Below are positions 8,859 to 16,270 of a stretch of DNA of 57,860 nucleotides, piece by piece; positions within the stretch are counted from its first letter, which is position 1, and each line of letters opens with the position of its first letter. The stretch is from an uncultured bacterium (GTDB lineage Bacteria; Patescibacteriota; Minisyncoccia; UBA6257; UBA9933): the NCBI GenBank assembly GCA_913009635.1, contig CAJVXI010000002.1, positions 1 to 57,860 of the forward strand, given 5' to 3'. The position numbers were made by a program, and so were the translations under genes. Below the pieces are notes generated by a model, which was given only the letters and a program-made list of their open reading frames with translations, made no database searches and had not been told where the DNA came from.

Positions 8859-9455
8859 ATGGTACAAGATTCAGAACAAATTAAAAAAAATAAACCAAAG
8901 ACATCTCATCAATTAAGCGTTAAAAGTGATGGACGTCATTGGTACGCCGTTCATACTTATGCCGGCTATGAAGACGCAGTAACTCGCTATTTAAAGCAAC
9001 GAGTTGACTCATTGGAAATAAATGATAAGATTTTTAATATTATTGTTCCTAAAGAGAAAAAAGTTAAGATAAAAAACGGCAAACGAAAAACAGTTGAAGA
9101 AAAGATTTATCCAGGTTATGTGTTGGTTGATATGCTCATGGACGAAAATTCTTGGTATGTTGTTCGCAATACGCCGAGGGTAACCGGATTTGTCGGCTCT
9201 GATAGCACAGAACCAACACCGCTTTCAAGTGAAGAGGTTGAATCATTAATGATGCGCATGAAAGGAGAAGAACCGAAATTTAAAATTGAATTTAATATAG
9301 GAGAAACTGTTAAAATAATTGATGGACCTTTTAAGGATTATGACGGTAAAATTTCAAGTATTGATGAAGAACATGGCAAAGTTAAAGTTATGGTGCCGAT
9401 TTTCGGCCGGGAAACAGCGGTTGAATTGGACTCATTGCAAATACAGAAAATTTAA
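8859..9455 (+). CDS. nusG: transcription termination/antitermination factor NusG
   Basis: NGN domain WYAVHTYAGYE, KOW motif GETVKIIDGPFKDYDGKI. Confidence 0.93.
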   Translation: MVQDSEQIKKNKPKTSHQLSVKSDGRHWYAVHTYAGYEDAVTRYLKQRVDSLEINDKIFNIIVPKEKKVKIKNGKRKTVEEKIYPGYVLVDMLMDENSWYVVRNTPRVTGFVGSDSTEPTPLSSEEVESLMMRMKGEEPKFKIEFNIGETVKIIDGPFKDYDGKISSIDEEHGKVKVMVPIFGRETAVELDSLQIQKI

Positions 9456-9534
9456 AAAGTATTAAGTATAAAGTATAAAGTATAAAGTATTAAGTATTGT
9501 TTTTGTATTTGATACCTGACATTTGAAATATTCA

Positions 9535-9957
9535 ATGGCAAAAGTAATTAAAACAACATTAAAGCTTCAGATTCCGGCTGGAAAAGCCAATCCAGCTCCT
9601 CCAGTTGGGCCTGCTTTGGGGCAGCACGGAGTTAATATTCAGCAGTTTTGTCAGCAGTTTAATGAGGCCACCAAGGAAATGGGAACAGATATTGTCCCTG
9701 CTGAAATTACGATTTATGAAGATAGAACTTTTGATTTTAAACTAAAAACTCCGCCAGCTTCTGATTTATTGCGAAAAGCGGCTGGAATTGAAAAAGGTTC
9801 AGGCGATCCGTTAAAAAATAAAGTTGGTAAAGTAACTAAAGCGCAAATTAAAGAAATAGCAGAGAAGAAAATGGTTGACTTAAACGCAAATGATATTGAT
9901 GCGGCAATGAAAGTTGTTGAAGGAACAGCCCGTTCAATGGGTATTGAAGTGGAATAA
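9535..9957 (+). CDS. rplK: 50S ribosomal protein L11
   Basis: [38 protein letters not shown] at 9535 is preferred over the TTG at 9523. Confidence 0.95.
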   Translation: MAKVIKTTLKLQIPAGKANPAPPVGPALGQHGVNIQQFCQQFNEATKEMGTDIVPAEITIYEDRTFDFKLKTPPASDLLRKAAGIEKGSGDPLKNKVGKVTKAQIKEIAEKKMVDLNANDIDAAMKVVEGTARSMGIEVE

Positions 9958-9992
9958 TTAGCTTTTAGTTTTAAGCTTTTAGTTTTTTAGTT

Positions 9993-10016
9993 CGGCGGCA
10001 AAAGCCGCCCTTTTTT
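9993..10016 (+). terminator. rho-independent terminator after rplK
   Basis: ggcggc-aaaa-gccgcc stem-loop followed by a T6 run. Preceded by reversed KLKTK-type repeats (agcttttagtttt x2). Confidence 0.8.
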
Positions 10017-10118
10017 GTTGACAAATCAACCATTATTAGATATTGTTCATTTTAGAAGCTTTGATAATTAAATATCAGCTAAAAATAAAAATCTGAAATA
10101 AAGAAATGGAGGTGTTTT

Positions 10119-10913
10119 ATGTTTAAGCCAATAGTGAAGCAAATAATTGTTTCAAGTATAGAGCATGGTTGGTATATGCTTTTGGATTCGATTATAACAG
10201 ACGGAAGAAAGTACAAGATTGAATATGGTAATGAATATCGACTCAGTGGCAAATTTGTTGTTGAAATGCATATACCAGGCGCAAGGCCGCTTGCTCCTAT
10301 TATGCCCGAAGGTTCCGCAATTTTTCCGCCTACAACAGAAGAGAAAATAGAAGAGTACTTCGGAGATCTTATATCTCCTGACAAAAAGCCGAATCAGCAC
10401 TACAGCTATGGCCAGGATCTATCGTGGCAGATTGAAGAGGTAATTAAGTACTTCAAAAAATATGGACACAATACAGCTTGTTGTCAGATGCCGGTAGGAA
10501 GGCCTGAGTCGTTTTTCTTCTATAGCAGAGAGGTTGATTATGATGAAAAGATAATTGTAAAAGACAGAAAAACTGGCGAATTGATCTGGACTAAAGAAAT
10601 TACAAATACATGGAACAAAAATCCCAAAGAAGAGGTTAGTTCCCAATGTTTAAGAAGCGTAGATGTCTGGATTGAAAATAATAAATTACATTTTTGGTGC
10701 TATTTCCGTTCACAGGACGCATGGGGTGCTTTTCCGGAAAACTACGGCGGTCTTCAGCTAGTCAAAGAATACATGGCTGATGTGCTTGCAGTGGAAGACG
10801 GTCCAATGATTGCTTCAGCGAAAGATTTACATGTTTATGATTACGCATGGTTAACTACTTTAATGAGAATTAAAAAAGAAGAGGGCTTTCTCAAAGAAAG
10901 GGGGGTGCTCTAA
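10119..10913 (+). CDS. divergent thymidylate synthase (ThyA)-fold protein
   Basis: CYFRSQDAWGAFPENYGG aligns by eye with ThyA [20 protein letters not shown] (R-S-x-D ... P-x-N). Candidate catalytic Cys in SSQCLRS. Strong RBS aatggaggtg. Confidence 0.6.
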   Translation: MFKPIVKQIIVSSIEHGWYMLLDSIITDGRKYKIEYGNEYRLSGKFVVEMHIPGARPLAPIMPEGSAIFPPTTEEKIEEYFGDLISPDKKPNQHYSYGQDLSWQIEEVIKYFKKYGHNTACCQMPVGRPESFFFYSREVDYDEKIIVKDRKTGELIWTKEITNTWNKNPKEEVSSQCLRSVDVWIENNKLHFWCYFRSQDAWGAFPENYGGLQLVKEYMADVLAVEDGPMIASAKDLHVYDYAWLTTLMRIKKEEGFLKERGVL

Positions 10914-10914
10914 T

Positions 10915-11349
10915 ATGACTAAGAAAAAAAAGAAAGTTGTTAACAGGCGTTTTGCAAGAAAAGGGGAGTATGACAGTGTTTTAAAAACTATTGAAAAACG
11001 CGGTAAATGTCCCTTTTGTCCTGACAATTTTAAGTATCATAAGAATCCAATATTAAAAAAACGTTGCGGATGGTTTGTGACAAAGATAAGCTGGCCGTAT
11101 AAGAACACAAAACACCATTTCATTATCATTAGCGATAAACACAGAGAGAATATTCAAGAGCTTATTGGTAAAGACATGGAAAGTATTTTGTATTTGGCCA
11201 AATGGATTGTTTCCAGATACAAGATAAGAGGCGGCGGATTAGCAATGCGTTTTGGAAACAGTTTGTATACTGGAGCAACTGTTTGTCATATACACGCACA
11301 TCTAATCGTGCCTAAGCGAGGAAAAACAGTGAATTTCCCGATTGGTTGA
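10915..11349 (+). CDS. HIT (histidine triad) family nucleotide hydrolase/transferase
   Basis: CPFCP N-terminal motif and the histidine triad HIHAHLIV. The start is 1 nt after the ThyA-like stop. Confidence 0.75.
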   Translation: MTKKKKKVVNRRFARKGEYDSVLKTIEKRGKCPFCPDNFKYHKNPILKKRCGWFVTKISWPYKNTKHHFIIISDKHRENIQELIGKDMESILYLAKWIVSRYKIRGGGLAMRFGNSLYTGATVCHIHAHLIVPKRGKTVNFPIG

Positions 11350-11361
11350 TGTAAAAAAATA

Positions 11362-11386
11362 CCCCCCTCACTTTACGTGTGGGGGG
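11362..11386. terminator. bidirectional hairpin between convergent genes
   Basis: cccccc-N13-gggggg flanked by A- and T-runs. Confidence 0.6.
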
Positions 11387-11389
11387 CTT

Positions 11390-12217
11390 TTATTTTACTA
11401 AAATAATCTTAATATTCTTTGCTTTCATTATTTCCAAGCCATTAAGAGATGCGTGTCCTTTTTTGAAGTAGCATTTCTTTATTCCGGTCTTTGATAGTTC
11501 TCTGGCGCACATTGGACAAGGAAAATCAGTTGCATACAGAGAGGATCCTTTTAACTTGATTCCTTCTCTTGCAGCTTCGGTGATTATAGACTGTTCAGCA
11601 TGAAGTGAGGTTGCTATGTCGTTATTTTCTCCTGCTTTTACAAAATCACGCGGATCGCCAAAAGTGTACGGTGTATGGTCTGACGGTAGATGATGATTAT
11701 GGTGAGCTCTGAGTATTATATTCCCGTTTTTAACTAGGACAGCTCCAACATTTCTCCACCAGTCAGAACTATGCTTAGCTTCTTCTTCGGTTATTTTAAT
11801 CATTTTACGGTCAAATTTACTGCGTGAAATCGTATCATAACCAACGGGTTTTTTTGTAAGGATATTTTTTTCATCCCAGCGTAGAAATACCGTATCAATA
11901 GTTAACTCCGAACGAGGAAAGTATTTTTTTACAAGATTTAGCGAGATGCTTTCATCAGCGGTAATTATTGGCAGATGCTGTAATTTTTTAACCAAATTAT
12001 TGGTCAGAATTTTAACTTTGTGGAATAACCCGCCGGATTTGATGATTTTTTTTACAATAATAGGATTAATTTGCCGTATCTCTTTTTCTAGAAAAGTGAA
12101 TTCTCGGATTAATTTGGAACCGAGAATATAAAGCGTGTCAGCTTTCTTGTATTTTTCTAAAAATTTGAGGTAGCCGGCATGCAGAACAGGAATGTAAAGA
12201 ATGATTATCTTTTTCAA
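11390..12217 (-). CDS. dCMP deaminase (CMP/dCMP zinc deaminase) fused to an N-terminal nucleotidyltransferase-like domain
   Basis: The C-terminal half has HAEQS and PCPMC zinc motifs. The N-terminal ~120 aa carry a degenerate IPVLHAGY (HxGH-like) motif. Confidence 0.75.
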   Translation of the reverse strand: MKKIIILYIPVLHAGYLKFLEKYKKADTLYILGSKLIREFTFLEKEIRQINPIIVKKIIKSGGLFHKVKILTNNLVKKLQHLPIITADESISLNLVKKYFPRSELTIDTVFLRWDEKNILTKKPVGYDTISRSKFDRKMIKITEEEAKHSSDWWRNVGAVLVKNGNIILRAHHNHHLPSDHTPYTFGDPRDFVKAGENNDIATSLHAEQSIITEAAREGIKLKGSSLYATDFPCPMCARELSKTGIKKCYFKKGHASLNGLEIMKAKNIKIILVK

Positions 12218-12228
12218 TTGCTCCCTCC

Positions 12229-12783
12229 TTATCGCCTGTCAGTTTTAGTCAGCATTTTTTCTAAAGTTTTTTTGACAACGTCTTGAATTGTTCTGGACGT
12301 AGATGTTTCTTCGGCTTGCCTTGGAAGAACAACAAGTTTTTTGCAAAATTGTTTTATTTCCTCCTTTTGTTCTTTCGGGTAGCTGTCTTTAACAGCGATA
12401 AATACATCTGGTTTGATTTTCTTGATAAGCTCATACAGCCATTTTTTATTATTATCAACATCATCAATAAGCGTTACGAAATCAACACACCCTTGATAGC
12501 TGAGCATTTCTACTCGTTCATTTTCCGGAATAATAGGACGCAGTTCTCCTTTATAAATTTTAACTGCTCTGTCGCTATCTACTCCGACTACTAATATATC
12601 CCCGTGCGTTTTAGCTTTTCGTAAGTACCTCACGTGTCCAATATGAAGTAAATCCCAACTGCCTATAGTTACTATGATTCTGTATCCGAGTTCACGCATA
12701 ACATTTGTCACCTTGGTTAATTTTTCAATATCCAAAATGATTTTTTTGTGGTCATTTTTTCCCTTATTGCTGAAATTTTCCAT
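12229..12783 (-). CDS. cytidylyltransferase-like (CTP_transf_like, RfaE-II/TagD type) nucleotidyltransferase
   Basis: GSWDLLHIGHVRYL (GxFDxxHxGH) and RPIIPENERVEMLSYQGCVDFV. Confidence 0.75.
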   Translation of the reverse strand: MENFSNKGKNDHKKIILDIEKLTKVTNVMRELGYRIIVTIGSWDLLHIGHVRYLRKAKTHGDILVVGVDSDRAVKIYKGELRPIIPENERVEMLSYQGCVDFVTLIDDVDNNKKWLYELIKKIKPDVFIAVKDSYPKEQKEEIKQFCKKLVVLPRQAEETSTSRTIQDVVKKTLEKMLTKTDRR

Positions 12784-12935
12784 TTTTTCTCCTTTTCTTT
12801 CTTGTATTTATAATTTTTATTTTTAAAGAACTTATCTATTTTATATAGTAAACGGTGATAAAAGTCAAATAAAATATGGCAAATGCCACCCTTATTTTTT
12901 TTGCGCTCCTGCCTAAAAATTTATATAATTATGGC

Positions 12936-14465
12936 ATGACTTACATTCCTACTATTGGCTTGGAAATCCATACCCATCTCAAAACCCGCACTAAAATGTT
13001 TTGCGGTTGTGACAATGACTTTAACGAAAAGCATCCCAATATTAATGTTTGCCCGATTTGTTTGGGACACCCCGGTACTTTACCGGTTATAAACAAAAAA
13101 GCCGTTGAATCGGTTCTTAAATTAGGATTGGCATTAGGCGGAAATCCGCCGTCTGCGCCTAGTAAGGGAATATCAAAATTTGACCGTAAAAATTATTTTT
13201 ATCCGGATTTACCAAAAGGATACCAGATATCGCAATATGACCAGCCATTAATATCAGGCGGCCAATTAAACGGCATACGGCTTACAAGAATTCATTTAGA
13301 AGAAGACGCTGCGCGGCTTGCGCATCAAACTAAAAACCCCCGCCTGCCATCGCCTGATGGCGAAGTCATTGGCGGGCAGGAAAAACTAAAAACTAAAAGC
13401 TATAGCTTGGTTGACTTTAATCGTGCAGGAGTACCTTTAATGGAATTAGTAACTGAACCAGATATTAAAGACGGCAAAAAAGCAGTTGAATTCGCAAAAG
13501 AACTTCAGCTAGTTTTGCGCTATTTGGAGATTTCTGACGCAGATATGGAGAAAGGGCAAATGAGAATAGAAGCAAATATTAGTGTGTCCAAAGATGGAAA
13601 ATTAGGTACCAAGGTGGAAATAAAAAATCTTAATTCTTTTCGTGCAGCAGGAGAGGCGATTGATTACGAAATTAAAAGGCAGTCAGAGGTTTTAGATAGA
13701 GGTGAACAAGTTGAGCATGAAACTCGTGGCTGGGACGAAAACAAAAAAAATACCGTTAGTCAAAGAAGCAAAGAAAAAGCGCATGATTACCGTTATTTTC
13801 CAGAGCCGGATTTACCGCCTTTGGATTTTAACGAGTCAAACGCCATAGATTTGAGAAAATTAAGAATAGAAATTCCGGAATTACCAGCAAATAAGCGTAA
13901 GAGATTTATAGAAGAATATAGATTATCTTCAGAGCAAGTTGAGGTATTGGTTAGCGAATCGTCAACAGCCCAATATTTTGAAGAATCAGTATCAGAATTA
14001 TTGGAAGAATTACAGAGCGAAAAGAGTGAAAAGAAAAAAATTGAGGCAATGATGTTATTGTTTAATTATCTAACTAGTGATATTAGGGGATTAGCCAATG
14101 AAAAAGGGGTAAGCGTCAAAGATATAAATATTACTCCAGAAAATTTTGCGGATTTAATAGTGTTGATTATCAAAGGAGAGATTACAAGCCGTCTTGCAAA
14201 AGATATTTTAAAAGAAATGTCTTTGACCGGACTTGATCCGTGGCAGATTATTCAAGATAAGGGTTTGGGTCAGATTTCTGACGAGAAAATTATTAAGGAG
14301 ATTATTAAAGAAATTGTAAGCGAAAATCAAAAAGCGGTAGAAGATTATAAAAAGGGTAAAGAAAATGTTTTGCAGTTTCTTTTTGGTCAAGTAATGGGTA
14401 AATTAAAAGGCCAAGCTAACCCCGATGTTTTAAGAAATCTTTTACAAGAGGAATTAAGGAAGTAG
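12936..14465 (+). CDS. gatB: aspartyl/glutamyl-tRNA amidotransferase subunit B
   Basis: PTIGLEIH, CPICLGHPGTLPV, YFYPDLPKGYQISQ and VDFNRAGVPLMELV motifs. ATG at 12936 is preferred. The 3' end overlaps convergent miaA by 50 nt. Confidence 0.93.
   Translation: MTYIPTIGLEIHTHLKTRTKMFCGCDNDFNEKHPNINVCPICLGHPGTLPVINKKAVESVLKLGLALGGNPPSAPSKGISKFDRKNYFYPDLPKGYQISQYDQPLISGGQLNGIRLTRIHLEEDAARLAHQTKNPRLPSPDGEVIGGQEKLKTKSYSLVDFNRAGVPLMELVTEPDIKDGKKAVEFAKELQLVLRYLEISDADMEKGQMRIEANISVSKDGKLGTKVEIKNLNSFRAAGEAIDYEIKRQSEVLDRGEQVEHETRGWDENKKNTVSQRSKEKAHDYRYFPEPDLPPLDFNESNAIDLRKLRIEIPELPANKRKRFIEEYRLSSEQVEVLVSESSTAQYFEESVSELLEELQSEKSEKKKIEAMMLLFNYLTSDIRGLANEKGVSVKDINITPENFADLIVLIIKGEITSRLAKDILKEMSLTGLDPWQIIQDKGLGQISDEKIIKEIIKEIVSENQKAVEDYKKGKENVLQFLFGQVMGKLKGQANPDVLRNLLQEELRK
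13338..13400 (+). repeat. GC-rich palindromic element (family C) plus KLKTK element, in frame in gatB
   Basis: cccgcctgccatcgcctgatggcgaagtcattggcgggcagg followed by aaaaactaaaaactaaaagc. Arms cccgcc/ggcggg and gccatc/gatggc. Translated as NPRLPSPDGEVIGGQEKLKTKS, just before conserved SLVDFNRAG. Confidence 0.75.
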
Positions 14466-15441
14466 GTTTTGTTATCCAGTGAATTTTATTATCGCGCCTA
14501 AACCAAGTCATTTGGCGTTTTGCATATTGCCAGCTTTCTTTTTTGATTAATTCTTTCATTTCATCGTAAGTTATTGAACCACGCAGATAGCGGGAAATAT
14601 AGCGGTATTCCAATCCAAAATCATCTAATCGTTGCCAGTTTACTCTATAGGAAGCCGAAGGATTTCCTTCGGGGCTAAGCACGCTTCCGTCATGCAATTT
14701 TTCAACTTCTTCAACTATTCCTAACTTAATTCGCTTTTCTAATCTTTTGGCAATAAGTTTTTTAAGTTTTTCTGGAGATTTTTTAATACCAATTTTCAGT
14801 ACCGCTAAAGCGGTCGCTGATTTATGCTGATTAACGCGCTGATTTATGCTGATATTATTTTTAAGCTGTGGAACTGGCTGATTTGTTGTTATGCAAATTT
14901 CCAGCGCCCGAATAAGTCGGCGGCGGTTATTTTTATCAATGTTTTTCGCGCGGCGTGGGTCTAATTTTTTGAGTTGTTGAAAAAGTTCTTTGGTAGATTT
15001 TTTTTCCAGTTTTTTTCTTAATTTTGGATTTGGAGGAACTGCTGGCAGGTGATAGTCGTAAATTACGGAATCAATATAAAAACCGGTTCCTCCGCAAATA
15101 ATAGGAATTTTCCCATTATTTAGAATTTGTTTAATCGCTTTTTTGGCTAATTTCTGATATTGAGCAATCGTGAAAGTCCGTTTAGGAGAAGCCACATCAA
15201 TAAGATGATGAGTAATGCCTTGCATTTCTTTTTTGGTAATCTTGCCAGAGCCGATATCCAATCCCTTATAAACTTGACGTGAATCAGCTGAAATAATTTC
15301 ACATCCGTTTATCCCGTATAATTTTTTGGCTTGTTTTGGGCTGAGCCGAAGGGAGATTTTTACCGCTAAATCAGACTTTCCTGAAGCTGTTGGGCCGAGA
15401 ATAACTATGATTTTTGGCAGTATTGACAATTGTTTTGGCAT
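14416..15441 (-). CDS. miaA: tRNA dimethylallyltransferase
   Basis: P-loop GPTASGKS, then SADSRQVYKGLDIGSGK and GGTGFY. Confidence 0.92.
   Translation of the reverse strand: MPKQLSILPKIIVILGPTASGKSDLAVKISLRLSPKQAKKLYGINGCEIISADSRQVYKGLDIGSGKITKKEMQGITHHLIDVASPKRTFTIAQYQKLAKKAIKQILNNGKIPIICGGTGFYIDSVIYDYHLPAVPPNPKLRKKLEKKSTKELFQQLKKLDPRRAKNIDKNNRRRLIRALEICITTNQPVPQLKNNISINQRVNQHKSATALAVLKIGIKKSPEKLKKLIAKRLEKRIKLGIVEEVEKLHDGSVLSPEGNPSASYRVNWQRLDDFGLEYRYISRYLRGSITYDEMKELIKKESWQYAKRQMTWFRRDNKIHWITKPTSLIPLVKDFLKHRG
14650..14688. repeat. nested GC-rich hairpin inside the miaA coding sequence
   Basis: ggaagc ccgaagg-attt-ccttcgg ... gcttcc, translated (minus strand) within DGSVLSPEGNPSASY. Confidence 0.6.
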
Positions 15442-15464
15442 GAATATAATTATAACAAAATTTG

Positions 15465-15908
15465 AGATTTAAGAATCTTAGCGGAGGCAACAAGTGATCT
15501 TTGGAGCTGAAAGGAACTCTTGAAGCTGATGAAGCTGAGATTCTTGATTGGGTGGCGTGTTTAGTAGCCGAAAGGGACGGGTAAGCTAAGGCGAAACAAA
15601 TCTGAAATCCCGAAGAATTATCGTCCGCTTCGGGTCACGTCACCTACCTAAAATTAGCACTTTTACATTTTAAAATTCTGGCTTCTTTACCGAGACCGGG
15701 GCATTAACAAAGACGTTGAAGTTGGCAAGAGATTATTAGATTATTGAGGAATTTTTCTTGTTAATGGAGTCTGTAGGTGTGGATCGCTGCGTTTTCTACA
15801 CCAAAAGCCTAATACGCAGCTTTGGAACTGTTTATGTTAACCAATGGTTGGAGCCAGAACGAATTTTAAAATATGCCGCCTGCGAATCAACGCAGCGCGG
15901 CATTTTTA
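15465..15908 (+). ncRNA. candidate structured non-coding transcript of unknown class
   Basis: GC-rich patches in an AT-rich 830-bp gap. A 12-bp long-range stem aagaatcttagc (15471) / gctgagattctt (15534), cccgaag/cttcggg (15609/15628) and gctgcgt/acgcagc stems. Ends in a strong plus-strand terminator. Confidence 0.3.
15873..15908 (+). terminator. plus-strand rho-independent terminator in the miaA-thrS gap
   Basis: atgccgcctgcg-aatcaa-cgcagcgcggcat (12-bp stem, one bulge) followed by ttttt. Confidence 0.7.
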
Positions 15909-15933
15909 TACTTGTAAATTTCAATAGATTTCA

Positions 15934-15973
15934 AAATGTCAATCAAATGACATATGTCATTTGATTGACATTT
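15934..15973. repeat. 40-bp perfect palindrome
   Basis: aaatgtcaatcaaatgacat|atgtcatttgattgacattt, centred on catatg. Confidence 0.9.
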
Positions 15974-16020
15974 CAAATTAATTAAATAACTAACCAATTA
16001 ATATAGCGTTTCAATACATT

Positions 16021-16102
16021 AGAATGCTTCAATATATTGAAGCGTTCTAATTAAATAGAGCGGGTATTTCCACGCGTGGAAGTACTTCCATGTATGGAAG
16101 TA
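16021..16102. repeat. cluster of three palindromes (28-bp, 14-bp ACGCGT-centred, 9-bp-arm hairpin)
   Basis: agaatgcttcaatatattgaagcgttct, ttccacgcgtggaa, and tacttccat-gt-atggaagta. Homologous to 43425..43462. Confidence 0.85.
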
Positions 16103-16270
16103 TCTGATGTATGTTATATTTTATATTATTATTTTATGTTGTGTTGTATCTTAATTTTATTAATTTTTATTATTAGCGTTATAATCAATTATAGCGCTGT
16201 GGTTGACCATAGCGCTATAAGATACAAAAAGTAGAAAAAAAAGTAGAAAAAAAGAAAAATAAAAGAAGAG

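Noticed and set aside
9456-9534. aagtataa octamer repeats upstream of rplK as an L11 leader or regulatory element.
   Set aside because: This is only a short AT-rich microsatellite with no pairing potential. I cannot support a function.
12283-12594. Plus-strand ORFs 12283..12594 and 11946..12131 inside the nucleotide cluster.
   Set aside because: They are antisense to the well-supported cytidylyltransferase and dCMP deaminase genes.
15758-15964. 68-aa ORF in the miaA-thrS gap.
   Set aside because: It has a TTG start without an RBS, reads through a strong intrinsic terminator and into the 40-bp palindrome, and has no recognisable motif.
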